Assembly: GCA_963555815.3 (NCBI GenBank)
Contig: CAUVWX020000002.1
Location: 448,001-512,000, forward strand
Direction: 5' to 3'
Length of the DNA: 64,000 nucleotides
Origin: a bacterium
GTDB taxonomy: Bacteria > UBA8248 > JACPRG01 > G963555815
How positions within the stretch are numbered: the first letter of the stretch is position 1; the number at the start of each line of letters is the position of its first letter. The notes below the pieces were generated by a model that saw only the letters and a program-made list of their open reading frames with translations, searched no databases and was not told the DNA's origin. The translations under genes and the position numbers were made by a program. Below, piece after piece: positions 9,931 to 19,565 of this stretch.

Positions 9931-10443
9931 TCAAAGCAGGCCCCACACGAAAACCCCCACCATGGCCCATGCCAAGGCGATCTTGAGGAGCCCTCCCTAC
10001 AACCTTCCCAGGAAAACCCCATAGCCCGCCCCAAGAGCTCTGGACCGCGTCTTCCCAGACAAAAGCTCTCCCGCAACACCCCCTGTCAGGGTCCCCAGGA
10101 GGCCCCCTGGGATCGCCCCCAGCCCGAACCCAAACCCGGCTCCCACGATCCCACCCACAAAACCTCCGAAAAAACCTCCCCAGAAGCCCGCCCTCGACGC
10201 GCCGTAACGCTTTCCACCCCAAATCCCCACCAGAAACTCGATCCCTTCAGCCGTCGCAGCGAGGACTGCCGCAATCCACAGGGAGGTTCCGTCAATGGCG
10301 CGAAAGTCCGTGAGAAATCCGTAGCCCAGCCCTGCCCCCAAGATCACGAGGGTGCCGGGAAGGCCAAAGGGGATCGAGAGGAGACCGGCCAGAAGAAGGA
10401 GGAGGAAGAGGCCGAGCCAGAGGATAGAAAAGAAGATGTCCAA
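9931..10443 (-). pseudogene. DUF456-like membrane protein with in-frame TAG at 9997-9999
   Basis: Gly-rich TM protein (GLPG, G.KRYGAS, G..G repeats). The frame continues past the TAG as GGLLKIALAWAMVGVFVWGLL to TGA at 9931, supplying a final TM helix. Confidence 0.65.
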
Positions 10444-10498
10444 AGCCTCTCCGTCCCGGGATCTCTCCGGAGACTTGCGGGGCCTCTGTCTAGATCCC

Positions 10499-11425
10499 TC
10501 AGGCCCCTTTCTTTTTCTTCAGGAAGTCCACGCCCCTGGCCCCCGGGGACCAGGCGATGAGGATGGGGGATGCGATGTAGATGGAGGAGTAAGTCCCCGC
10601 GATGATCCCGACGAGGAGGGCGAAGGCGAAGTCTCGGATCACCTCTCCGCCCAAGGCAAAGAGTGCCACAACGACGAAGAGGGTCGTCCCCGACGTCAGG
10701 ATTGTCCGGCTCATGGTCTGGTTGATGCTGGTGTTGATGATGTCGGAAAAGGCCTCCCGGCGGCGGAATTTCAGGTTCTCCCGGATGCGATCAAAGATCA
10801 CGATGGTGTTGTTCAGGGAATAGCCGATGATGGTTAAAAAGGCCGCGATGACAGGAAGGGTGAACTCACGGTTCGTCAGGGAGAAGGCCCCCATGGTGAT
10901 CAGGACATCGTGGGCGAGAGCCACCACAGCCGCAACGGCGAACCGGACTTCAAACCGCCAGGCGATGTAGATGAGGATCCCAATCATGGCGTAGAAGAGG
11001 GCCAGAAGAGCCTGCCGGCGAAGATCATCGCCCACCTGTGGGCCCACGATCTCCACCCGGCGGACCTCGAATCTCCCTTCCCCGAAGGACTCTGTGAGGG
11101 CCTTCTGGGCCCTCTGAGAAAGGGTCGTTGCATCGTCATCAGATTTCTCGACGCGGATTAAAACTTCTCTCGGGTCCCCGAACTCCTGGACCGTCGCATC
11201 GCCGATGCCAAGACCCAGGACAACCCTGCGCACCTCGGAGATGGAGGGGGCCTCATTGAAGCGAACCTGGATCATCGTCCCCCCGGCGAAGTCGATGCCG
11301 TAATTGGGCCCCCCCCTCACCCCAAGGGAGACAAGACCGACGAAGATGGCAAGACCCGAGAGGAGGAAGGCCCGCTTCCGCCAGGCGACAAAGTTGAAAT
11401 TAATATCAGGCCTGAAGAGCTGCAT
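10499..11425 (-). CDS. secF: Protein translocase subunit SecF
   Basis: GIDFAGG, VGPQVG, HDV, GYSLN.TIVIFDRIRE, GTYSSIYIA; follows secD. Confidence 0.96.
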   Translation of the reverse strand: MQLFRPDINFNFVAWRKRAFLLSGLAIFVGLVSLGVRGGPNYGIDFAGGTMIQVRFNEAPSISEVRRVVLGLGIGDATVQEFGDPREVLIRVEKSDDDATTLSQRAQKALTESFGEGRFEVRRVEIVGPQVGDDLRRQALLALFYAMIGILIYIAWRFEVRFAVAAVVALAHDVLITMGAFSLTNREFTLPVIAAFLTIIGYSLNNTIVIFDRIRENLKFRRREAFSDIINTSINQTMSRTILTSGTTLFVVVALFALGGEVIRDFAFALLVGIIAGTYSSIYIASPILIAWSPGARGVDFLKKKKGA

Positions 11426-11434
11426 CTTCCTTCC

Positions 11435-12994
11435 CTAGATGGCGAGGGCGCGGACCTCGCGGCGCGTAAGAACAAGGTCGTAGACGACCCTCGTCACGAA
11501 AATGGCCGTGAACATGCTGGCCAGGATCCCGATGGAGAGGGTCACAGCAAAGCCTTTGACCGGACCCGTGCCGAACTGGAAGAGGACGACGGCGGCGATG
11601 AGGGTCGTTATGTTCGCGTCCATGATTGTCAAGAAGGCCCGTTTGTAGCCCTGCTCAACGGCCGCTCGGATGGTCTTGCCAAGGCGAAGCTCTTCCCGGA
11701 TGCGCTCAAGGATGAGGACATTGGCATCCACGGCCATACCGATGGTTAGGAGGATCCCTGCAATCCCAGGAAGCGTCAGGGTGGCTCGAAGCCCGCCCAA
11801 AGCCCCCATCAGGATGACGAGATTCAGGAGGAGGGCAAAATCCGCCAGGAGTCCCCCAAGGCGGTAATAAATCGCCATGAAGAGCACGATCCCGATTCCA
11901 CCGATGAGAATGGAGATGAGGCCTGTGCGGATGGAGTCCCGGCCCAGGGAGGGACCCACCGTCCGCTCCTCCAAGATGGTGACAGGTGCGGGTAAAGCGC
12001 CCGCTCGAAGAACGATGGCGAGGTCACGGGCCTCTTCAGAAGTGAAATTTCCCGTGATAGAGGCCTGTCCGCCCGAGATCCGGTCTTGGATCACAGGCGC
12101 CGAGTAGACCCGGTTGTCTAGGATGATGGCCAGGCGCCGCCCGATGTTAGCCGACGTGACCCGCTCGAAGATCCGTCCCCCCTGAGCGTCAAACTCAATG
12201 GACACGACGGCTTCCCCTCCAACTCCGCCACTGTGCCCTCCAATGGAAACTCGGGCGTCTCTCAATGAGGCACCGGTCAGGAGCGTCCGCCGCTTCACCA
12301 GAAAGGGGTTCCGGACCTCCTGCCCACTGTGCGAGTCGGTCTCGACCTGGTAGAGAATCTCATCCCCCGGCGGGATCCGGCCCTGAAGAGCATCGTCTAA
12401 ACTGTTCTGGTCATCCACGAGCTTGAACTCCAGGAGAGCGGTCCGGCCGATGAGCTCTTTTGCCCTCTCGGGGTCCTCGATGCCGGGGAGCTGGACGATG
12501 AGACGGCGGTCGCCCTGGCGCTGGAGCGTCGGCTCGGCTACGCCAAACTGATCCACGCGGTTCCGGATGGTCTCCATGGCTTGGTCCACCGAGAGCGCCT
12601 CGACGTCTTCCCGGCGAGAGGCTCTCAGCTGGATGCTGAGTTCCCCGTCCGGCTGCTGTTCCACCACCAGATCAGCGAAGTCCTGGGCAAGCAGCTGGTC
12701 GAGTTTTAGACGGTCGGCGTCCGAGGCGACGGAGACATGGATGATGGCCCCCTCGCGCCTGAGACCCTCGTACTGAACCCCCTGACGGCTCAGCCGGCGG
12801 CGAATGTCCCCAAAGAAGCGCTCCATGGAGGCTTCGACGGCCTTCTCAGCCTCCACCTCCAGAAGCAGATACATCCCGCCCTGGAGGTCAAGACCCAGCT
12901 TGATCGTGTTCTTAAGAGGCAAGGAGTACCAGAGAGAGGCCGCCACGACGGCCAGGATGAAAGCAATCTTCCAAACAAAAGGGGATTTCGTCAT
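11435..12994 (-). CDS. secD: Protein translocase subunit SecD
   Basis: LGLDLQGG, RNRVDQFGVAEP, GALPAP, VGPSLG, GMAVDANVLI.ERIREE. Confidence 0.97.
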   Translation of the reverse strand: MTKSPFVWKIAFILAVVAASLWYSLPLKNTIKLGLDLQGGMYLLLEVEAEKAVEASMERFFGDIRRRLSRQGVQYEGLRREGAIIHVSVASDADRLKLDQLLAQDFADLVVEQQPDGELSIQLRASRREDVEALSVDQAMETIRNRVDQFGVAEPTLQRQGDRRLIVQLPGIEDPERAKELIGRTALLEFKLVDDQNSLDDALQGRIPPGDEILYQVETDSHSGQEVRNPFLVKRRTLLTGASLRDARVSIGGHSGGVGGEAVVSIEFDAQGGRIFERVTSANIGRRLAIILDNRVYSAPVIQDRISGGQASITGNFTSEEARDLAIVLRAGALPAPVTILEERTVGPSLGRDSIRTGLISILIGGIGIVLFMAIYYRLGGLLADFALLLNLVILMGALGGLRATLTLPGIAGILLTIGMAVDANVLILERIREELRLGKTIRAAVEQGYKRAFLTIMDANITTLIAAVVLFQFGTGPVKGFAVTLSIGILASMFTAIFVTRVVYDLVLTRREVRALAI

Positions 12995-13076
12995 GGGGGA
13001 ACGAATTTCAGGACCCAGGCCCTCAAGGGCAAAGGTCCGGCACCTTCAAGGGGAGATATCTGAAGTTCAGGGGAGA

Positions 13077-13451
13077 TCACTCCTCTTCGGCAGCCTCTTT
13101 GGTCTCCACACCTTTTACCTTCTTGAGGGAGGCCCTCCCCGACCGAGCGGCGATAGCGCTTCGCTGCACCCTGATCCGAACCTGTTCAGCTATCTGAAGC
13201 CATACCACGTCATCCTTGAGCTTAGTGACAACGCCGTGAATCCCCCCAGAGGTCAGGACACGGTCTCCCTCCTCGAGGCTGTCCAGCATCATTCGCATTT
13301 CTGCTTTCTGCTTTTGCTGAGGCCGGATCATGAGGAAATAGATGACGGCGAAGACCAAGATGAAAGGAAGGAATGACCCAAGGGGGCTTGGCCCGCCGCC
13401 TCCTCCTCCTCCGAACCCCCCCCCCAGCGCGTAGGCCGTCTCAATCCACAT
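13077..13451 (-). CDS. yajC: Preprotein translocase subunit YajC
   Basis: YFLMIRPQQK, GD.V.T.GGIHG; AGGAGG RBS; directly upstream of secD. Confidence 0.95.
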   Translation of the reverse strand: MWIETAYALGGGFGGGGGGGPSPLGSFLPFILVFAVIYFLMIRPQQKQKAEMRMMLDSLEEGDRVLTSGGIHGVVTKLKDDVVWLQIAEQVRIRVQRSAIAARSGRASLKKVKGVETKEAAEEE

Positions 13452-13521
13452 CTTCCCGCCTCCTTCACAGGGAAAAGAACACCTTCTCCCTCAGGATGTC
13501 TTTCCCGTCACGAACATCGCT

Positions 13522-13550
13522 AACATACAGGCCTTCTTCCACAAATTCAA
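13522..13550 (-). promoter_or_regulatory. Putative sigma70 promoter for yajC-secD-secF
   Basis: TTGAAT-17 nt-TATGTT on the minus strand. Confidence 0.5.
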
Positions 13551-13696
13551 GACCTCGCCTCCCACTCGACTCTTCGGCTTCCCTTCTCCCGACAAGGGTC
13601 AGACTGTGCAGAGGCCTGCGGTTGCTTATGTGGGCTTTGAGCGAAACGGTGTGTGAGACGTGTGGAAGACGGCTGGCCAAGGGGCCCTCTGCACGG

Positions 13697-14464
13697 TCAG
13701 GCGACTTTGATGGGGCCCTCGGCGCTTCCAGTGATGAACTGCCGAACCACGGGGTCCTCACACACCTTGATCTCTTCCGGGGTCCCCACGGTCAAGATCC
13801 GCCCCTCATGGATCATGGCGATCCTAGAGCCGATCTTGAAAGCCCCCCGGATATCGTGACTGATGACGACGGTGGTGATATCGAGCTTCTCCTGCGTCTC
13901 CATAATGAGACGGTCGATGGTATCGCAAAGGATGGGGTCGAGGCCCGTCGTCGGCTCGTCGTAGAGGATGATGGGGGGGTCGAGGGCGATGGCACGGGCG
14001 AGCCCCACCCGCTTTCGCATCCCTCCGGAGAGCTCAGCCGGCATCTTGTGCTCCACCCCATCCAGGCCAACCAGCCGCAGTTTCTCCCGGACCCTCTCTC
14101 GAATCTCGGGCAGACGAAGTCGGGTGCGCTCGCGGAGGGGAAAGGCCACGTTGTCGGCAACGTTCATGGAATCGAACAGCGCCGAGTTCTGAAAGAGCAT
14201 CCCAAACTTTCGCCGGGCCTTATCAAGCTCATAACCTCTCAAGCGGGTGATCTCTTCCCCGTCCACCCAGACCTCGCCCCGATCGGGCTTGAGGAGGCCG
14301 ATAATGTGCTTCAGGAGGACACTCTTTCCGACCCCGCTTTGCCCGATAATGACCATCGTCTCCCCCCGGGGGACATCGAAGGACACCCCTTGAAGGACAC
14401 GTTGGCCATCAAAGGTCTTGTGGAGATCTCGAATGGAGATCATCGCTGAAGACGTGCTTTCCAC
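13697..14464 (-). CDS. mlaF: MlaF/Mkl-type ABC ATP-binding protein
   Basis: GQSGVGKS, FQ..ALFDSM.V..NVAFPL, P.ELSGGMRKRVGLARA, YDEPTTGLDP, C-terminal V.QFI.G..EGPI. Confidence 0.85.
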   Translation of the reverse strand: MESTSSAMISIRDLHKTFDGQRVLQGVSFDVPRGETMVIIGQSGVGKSVLLKHIIGLLKPDRGEVWVDGEEITRLRGYELDKARRKFGMLFQNSALFDSMNVADNVAFPLRERTRLRLPEIRERVREKLRLVGLDGVEHKMPAELSGGMRKRVGLARAIALDPPIILYDEPTTGLDPILCDTIDRLIMETQEKLDITTVVISHDIRGAFKIGSRIAMIHEGRILTVGTPEEIKVCEDPVVRQFITGSAEGPIKVA

Positions 14465-14506
14465 TTCTCTTGGCCCTCCTTCAGGCCGCTTCCGGCTGAA
14501 CTCGAC

Positions 14507-14535
14507 ATTCTACGTAGCAGTGGTGAGGCCGTCAA
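14507..14535 (-). promoter_or_regulatory. Putative sigma70 promoter for the mlaF-like gene
   Basis: TTGACG-17 nt-TAGAAT immediately after the alr stop. Confidence 0.7.
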
Positions 14536-14536
14536 T

Positions 14537-15844
14537 TCAGCCCGGTGATGCGCCCTTCCCCAGCTCTTCCGTCTCAGGCGAAAGGACATTGGGATAGCTG
14601 ACGCGGACAACCTTCCCACCCTCCAGGTAAACGCGGGGGACTCTTCGGGATAGACCACAAAAGATCTCATAGGGAAGCGTCTCGGCGAGACTCGCCATCT
14701 CCTCGGCCGAGATCCGCTCATCTCCTTGGGAACCCAGGAGGATGACCTCATCGCCCACCTCTACCCCTGGGATGTGGCCGACACTGGCGGCCAGCATATC
14801 CATAGAGACCGCGCCGACCACAGGGGCACGCTGGCCCCGGATGAGGACATCGGCCTTGTTGGTCAGAGACCGGGGATAGCCATCGGCGTAGCCCATGGGG
14901 ATGATGGCGATTCGGCTCGGGCCCTTCGTCTGAAAGCGGCGGCCATAGCCAACCGTCCGGGGGGATTGGGCTTCGTTCAAGTGGACAATGCGGCTCCTCC
15001 AAAACATCACGGGGAGATATTCGGAGACCTCGTTCGGAGACTGCCCCCCTTGTGAAGGCTGAAAACCCTGCCCAAGCTCGGGCGAAGCCCCATAGAGGAG
15101 GATGCCCACCCGGACCATGTCGAACCGCGAGTCAGGAAGGTTCAACAGGGCAGCGCTATTGGCGACATGCAGGAGGGGGGGCCGGAGATTCTTGTCGTCC
15201 AGGTCCCGGGCGAGGTCTCGAAAGAGGGACATCTGAGTTTCGGCCCCGCCCCCTCGGACCTCGGCGTCTGCAAGATGGGTCATGAGGCCCCGGACGGAGA
15301 GGCCGGGCAGGCCTGCCAGGCGCTCCAGAAAAGGCTTTGCCTCCCCAAGGGCAACTCCGAGGCGTCCCATTCCTGTATCGACCTTGACGTGAACCGCCAG
15401 CGTCTTTCCCTGGGACCCGGCGACCTCCGAGAGGGCCTCGGCCACCCTGAGGTCGCAGATCACCATCTCGAAATCCCCCGACACGGCGGCGGAGGCCTGT
15501 TCGGGAAGAGTCCCCCCAAGGACGAGGACAGGCGTCAGGACACCAAAGCGGCGAAGCTCCCAGCCCTCCTCGACCACGCCAACCCCCAACATCTCGGCGC
15601 CGGCCGCCACCGCTCTGCTGGCCATCTCCGCGGCCCCGTGCCCGTAGCCATCCGCCTTGACGACTGCCAGGACCCGAACGCCAGGCCCGACCAGGGATCT
15701 GACCCGGGCGCAGTTTTGAGCGAAGGCGTCCAGGTCCACCAGGGCCACCGTCGGCCTGAGTCCCTTTGGGAGGATATCGGATTCCAAGTGATAGCCGGTA
15801 GGCGGGGCGGAAAGGAGGGGTCCCTCAGAAGGAGCTTGAAGCAT
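14537..15844 (-). CDS. alr: Alanine racemase
   Basis: VKADGYGHG (PLP Lys), KVDTGMGRLG, HVANSA, VGYG, GYADG, VSMD. Confidence 0.96.
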   Translation of the reverse strand: MLQAPSEGPLLSAPPTGYHLESDILPKGLRPTVALVDLDAFAQNCARVRSLVGPGVRVLAVVKADGYGHGAAEMASRAVAAGAEMLGVGVVEEGWELRRFGVLTPVLVLGGTLPEQASAAVSGDFEMVICDLRVAEALSEVAGSQGKTLAVHVKVDTGMGRLGVALGEAKPFLERLAGLPGLSVRGLMTHLADAEVRGGGAETQMSLFRDLARDLDDKNLRPPLLHVANSAALLNLPDSRFDMVRVGILLYGASPELGQGFQPSQGGQSPNEVSEYLPVMFWRSRIVHLNEAQSPRTVGYGRRFQTKGPSRIAIIPMGYADGYPRSLTNKADVLIRGQRAPVVGAVSMDMLAASVGHIPGVEVGDEVILLGSQGDERISAEEMASLAETLPYEIFCGLSRRVPRVYLEGGKVVRVSYPNVLSPETEELGKGASPG

Positions 15845-17216
15845 TCACACCCCCGGGCTCTTGGCGGGCGGAACTGTTTTCGAACTTGGCGTACTTTCGG
15901 ATGAAGGTTAACGGGAAGATTCCCGTGGGACCATTGCGCTGTTTGGCGACGATCACCTTTGTCTGTCCCGCCAGCTCCCTTCTCTTCTCCTCGTCCTGCT
16001 CGTACATCTCTGGGCGATAGATGAAGGCGACGACGTCGGCGTCCTGCTCAATGGCCCCGGACTCTCGGAGGTCGGCCAGCTGAGGGATGCGCTCCCCACC
16101 CCGATGCTCCACCTGACGGCTGAGCTGGGACAGGGCCACGACGGGCAGGCGAAGCTCCTTGGCTAGCTCCTTGAGGGAGCGCGTGATCTCGGTGATCTCC
16201 TGCTGACGGTTCTCGGCCCGGCTCCGGCCATGGATGAGCTGTAGGTAGTCCACGATAATGAGGTCAAGGCCCTTTTCGGCTCGGAGACGCCTGGAGCGGG
16301 CTCGAATGTCCAGGGAGGTGAGGCCTGGGGTGTCATCGATATAGATGGGGGCCTCGGCCAGGACCCCGGCCGCCCGGGTGAGCTCGGGCCAGTCCGACTT
16401 GCTCAGGCGCCCCGTGCGAAGGTTCTTGAGATCGATCCGGGCCTCGGCGCACAGAAGACGCGTGGCCAGCTGCTCCTTGGACATCTCCAGGCTGAAAATG
16501 GCGACCGGAAGGTGTTGCTGGGTGCCCACGTACTCGGCCAGGTTCAGACAAAGGGCCGTTTTTCCCATGCTGGGCCGGCCCGCGATAATAATCAGGTCTG
16601 AGGGCTGAAGACCGCCGGTCATGTCGTCGAAATCCTTAAAGCCTGTCGCCACCCCTGTGACCTGATCCCCTCGCTCGTAGAGATCCTCGATGGTCTTAAA
16701 GCTGAGTTTCAGGACATCGTTAAGGGTGGTGAAGCTGGGCCGGATGCGGTCCTCTGAGATGTCGAAGATTACTTGCTCGGCCTGATCGATGAACTCCTCG
16801 ATGTCATCCGCCCCTTCATATCCTTGAGAAATGATCTCCGTGGCGGCGCTGATGAGGTCGCGAAGCAGGGCCTTCTCCTTGACGAGTCGGGCATGGGAGC
16901 TGACACTGGCGGCGGTGGGGACGGCGTCCACCAGGGCGGCCAGATAGGCCTCCCCTCCCACCTCCTCCAGGCAAGACTGCTTGCGAAGGCGCTCAGCCAG
17001 CGTGAGGAGGTCGATGGACTCATTGCGCTCGAAAAGCTCTGTCATGGCGGAGAAGATCCGCCGGTGGGCCTCCCGGTAGAAGTGCTTTTCGCGGAGGAGT
17101 TCCAAGGCCTTGGGAAAAGAAGCGTTCTCAATGAGGATGGCGCCGAGGACCGCCCGCTCGGCCTCGAGGTTTTGGGGCGGGAGCTTCTGAAGAACTTCGT
17201 CCCGGGGAAGGGCCAT
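15825..17216 (-). CDS. dnaB: Replicative DNA helicase
   Basis: PPQNLEAE, GRPSMGKT, DYLQL, DLRESGAIEQDAD, KQRNGP; start set at ATG 17216; no intein. Confidence 0.97.
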   Translation of the reverse strand: MALPRDEVLQKLPPQNLEAERAVLGAILIENASFPKALELLREKHFYREAHRRIFSAMTELFERNESIDLLTLAERLRKQSCLEEVGGEAYLAALVDAVPTAASVSSHARLVKEKALLRDLISAATEIISQGYEGADDIEEFIDQAEQVIFDISEDRIRPSFTTLNDVLKLSFKTIEDLYERGDQVTGVATGFKDFDDMTGGLQPSDLIIIAGRPSMGKTALCLNLAEYVGTQQHLPVAIFSLEMSKEQLATRLLCAEARIDLKNLRTGRLSKSDWPELTRAAGVLAEAPIYIDDTPGLTSLDIRARSRRLRAEKGLDLIIVDYLQLIHGRSRAENRQQEITEITRSLKELAKELRLPVVALSQLSRQVEHRGGERIPQLADLRESGAIEQDADVVAFIYRPEMYEQDEEKRRELAGQTKVIVAKQRNGPTGIFPLTFIRKYAKFENSSARQEPGGVNASSSF

Positions 17217-17326
17217 GGCCTTCACCGCAAAAAGGGGGTTCGCACAAAGAAAAGAACCGTGAGTCCGATGTAAATAATAGGGCAAAAAACTACCACACAC
17301 TCGCCCGGGAGGGCAAGTTGGATCTT

Positions 17327-17857
17327 TTAAGATTCCTGACTGCGATCTTCAGGCGCAGCTTTAGAGGTTTCCGTCTCAGCAGGGGCCTCCTCTCCCTCTA
17401 AGGCCTCCGGCGGGCTCTCCCGAACCACCCCCACCTGAAGAGTCGCCTCCACCTCGGGGTGGACCTTGATGGGCACCTGAAAGACCCCCAGAGACCGGAT
17501 GGGCTCCTTCAGGATGATCTTGCGCCGATTCAGGGTCACCCCCTCTTTGGCTGCGGCCTCGGCGATGTCCTGAGAGGTGACAGATCCATAGAGGCGTTCC
17601 CCCTCCCCGACCTTCTTTGGGATTTGCAACGAGAGTTTCTCAAGTTGCTGGGCAAATTCTTGAGCGGCCCCTTTCGCTTTCTTCAGGCGATCCGTTTGTA
17701 GTCGACGCTCGTGTTCAATGGTCTTGAGGTTCTTCTGGGTCGCCTGGATCGCCACCCCCCTGGGAAGAAGATAGTTCCTTCCGTACCCATCGGCCACCTC
17801 CACGAGGTCCCCAATGTCGCCCAGGCTTTCCACCTCTTCAACAAGGATTATCTTCAT
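17327..17857 (-). CDS. rplI: 50S ribosomal protein L9 with acidic C-terminal tail
   Basis: MKIIL..LG..GD.V.V.DGYGRNYLLP, LYGSVT. Confidence 0.96.
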   Translation of the reverse strand: MKIILVEEVESLGDIGDLVEVADGYGRNYLLPRGVAIQATQKNLKTIEHERRLQTDRLKKAKGAAQEFAQQLEKLSLQIPKKVGEGERLYGSVTSQDIAEAAAKEGVTLNRRKIILKEPIRSLGVFQVPIKVHPEVEATLQVGVVRESPPEALEGEEAPAETETSKAAPEDRSQES

Positions 17858-18825
17858 CTTTCTTCTCCTCCGTGGGCTTGCTCAGTCGAGGGCACGCGGA
17901 TTTTCCGAAAGTCCATCCAGAGGTCAAAAAGACCCGCGGCAGCTAAGAGATAGGGCATGAGCAAGCCGACGAGATAGACCGGTACGCGGAAGGGTACCAT
18001 CACCCCCCGCTGCTTGAAGAGGTGATGGAGGACGGCGATCCCCTGGAGAAAGTAGCCGAATAAAAGGAGAATGAATCCATTCCACCCGACCCAGAAGGTG
18101 GCTTCCCAGGGAAGGAGGAGGCTGGCCGCAAAGACGATCAGGAGCCACACCGCCCGCTCGGGCATTCCCCATTGGGAGAAGTCTTGCGAAGGGAAAAGGG
18201 CTCGCCCCCCGCGCCGGATCCAAAACCACCGGATGACCATGTAATTCACGAGCGATACCCACAGGAAATTCAAAAAGGTGATGGCCGGAAGAGAGCGCCA
18301 CAGGAGGCGGGCAACCAATTCCCCTCCCGCGCCCCCACCCGGGCGAGCCGTTCCCTCCAGGACAACGCTCGTCTCAACTCGAAAAAGGTCCACCAAGGCC
18401 CCCCCCGATCCCCCCCAATGCAACAAGAGGGCAATGGCGGCCAGGATAAGCGCCGGACTTAAGCTGATCAGCACAACGCGCTCGACAGAGGCCCGGATGC
18501 GGATCCCCTCGCTGAGAAGGACAACAAGGGGCGCCATAAGGAGGAGAAACTTGAGGCCCACGCTCAACCCCGTCAGTCCCACCAGGGCGAAGAACACCAG
18601 GCCCAAGGTCACCGTGCCCGCCCTGCGGCCCCCTCGAAGATAGGCGTGGATCGCCGGGGCAGGGGCGAAGAGGCCCAGAACACCCCCCAAGATGGGTCCA
18701 AACTGTGACGAGAGGAGGAGGAGGAGGGTGAGGATGGCCTGCGGGATGACGCAGGTCGCCCACGCCTGGAGGGTCTCCCGCATAGGACTTACTCCATCGC
18801 CAAGCCCTCGGGAAGAAACCATCAT
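17854..18825 (-). CDS. DUF2232/YybS-family membrane protein (start uncertain)
   Basis: Polytopic membrane protein, QG.AV and GLFD.W.DFR C-terminal motif, typical position between rpsR and rplI. Confidence 0.8.
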   Translation of the reverse strand: MMVSSRGLGDGVSPMRETLQAWATCVIPQAILTLLLLLSSQFGPILGGVLGLFAPAPAIHAYLRGGRRAGTVTLGLVFFALVGLTGLSVGLKFLLLMAPLVVLLSEGIRIRASVERVVLISLSPALILAAIALLLHWGGSGGALVDLFRVETSVVLEGTARPGGGAGGELVARLLWRSLPAITFLNFLWVSLVNYMVIRWFWIRRGGRALFPSQDFSQWGMPERAVWLLIVFAASLLLPWEATFWVGWNGFILLLFGYFLQGIAVLHHLFKQRGVMVPFRVPVYLVGLLMPYLLAAAGLFDLWMDFRKIRVPSTEQAHGGEER

Positions 18826-18844
18826 CGCCCTCCGGGAGTAGCCT

Positions 18845-19105
18845 TCACTGGCGCTCGACGGTGAAGGGCATGAGGGCTATGTTTCGGGAGCGTTTGACGG
18901 CCACCGTAAGCTGGCGCTGGTGGCGGGCGCAGTTTCCTGAGATCCGTCGGGAGATGATCTTCCCCCGCTCAGTGATAAGGCCTCGAAGGCTTCGGACATC
19001 CTTGTAATCGATGTACGGATGCTTGTCGGCACAGAAGCGGCAGATCTTTTTTCTCAGAAAGCGCTTCTTCCGCTTCTTTAATATTTTCTTGGTCTTAAAC
19101 CTCAA
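18845..19105 (-). CDS. rpsR: 30S ribosomal protein S18 (Zn-binding C+ form)
   Basis: [29 protein letters not shown] start with GGAGG RBS. Confidence 0.96.
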   Translation of the reverse strand: MRFKTKKILKKRKKRFLRKKICRFCADKHPYIDYKDVRSLRGLITERGKIISRRISGNCARHQRQLTVAVKRSRNIALMPFTVERQ

Positions 19106-19117
19106 AGGGCAAACCTC

Positions 19118-19534
19118 CTAAAAGGGGATGTCATCCTCCCCCGGAGCAGGACTTTCGGGGGACCCAGCAGCAGGACTTTCGGGGGACCCAGCAGCGGGCC
19201 GATCCCCGGATCGGGGCATAAATTGAACAGACTGGGCCACCACCTCGTGCTTGCTGCGCTTGACGCCGTCCTCTCCCTCCCAGGTTCGGTACTGAAGCCG
19301 CCCCTCAACGAGGGTGAGGCGGCCCTTGGCAAGATATTCCCCCACCAACTCAGCCTGGCGGCCGAAGGCCACCACATCCACAAAGCAGGTCTCCTCCCGT
19401 TTCTCCTCCCCCTGACGGAAGCGACGGTTCACGGCCAGGCCGAATGTGGCCACGGGAGTCCCCTGGGGGGTATAACGAAGCTCTGGATCCCTCGTCAGGT
19501 TTCCCATCAAGATAATCCGGTTGTAACTGGCCAT
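19118..19534 (-). CDS. ssb: Single-stranded DNA-binding protein
   Basis: N...L.GNLTRDPELRYT, VEGRL, C-terminal DDIPF. Confidence 0.97.
   Translation of the reverse strand: MASYNRIILMGNLTRDPELRYTPQGTPVATFGLAVNRRFRQGEEKREETCFVDVVAFGRQAELVGEYLAKGRLTLVEGRLQYRTWEGEDGVKRSKHEVVAQSVQFMPRSGDRPAAGSPESPAAGSPESPAPGEDDIPF
19146..19193. repeat. Perfect 24-bp tandem duplication in the ssb linker
   Basis: gcaggactttcgggggacccagca x2, encoding repeated AAGSPESP. Confidence 0.9.
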
Positions 19535-19565
19535 GGTCCCGGTCTCTCGGGGGGGAGTGCCTCAA

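Noticed and set aside
9997..9999. Pyrrolysine at the DUF456 amber codon
   Set aside because: No pyl genes or methylamine methyltransferase context in the window; a point mutation is simpler.
13465..13761. 98-aa ORF or a tgt/mlaD remnant between mlaF and yajC
   Set aside because: It overlaps mlaF, has no recognisable motifs, and contains a plausible yajC promoter.
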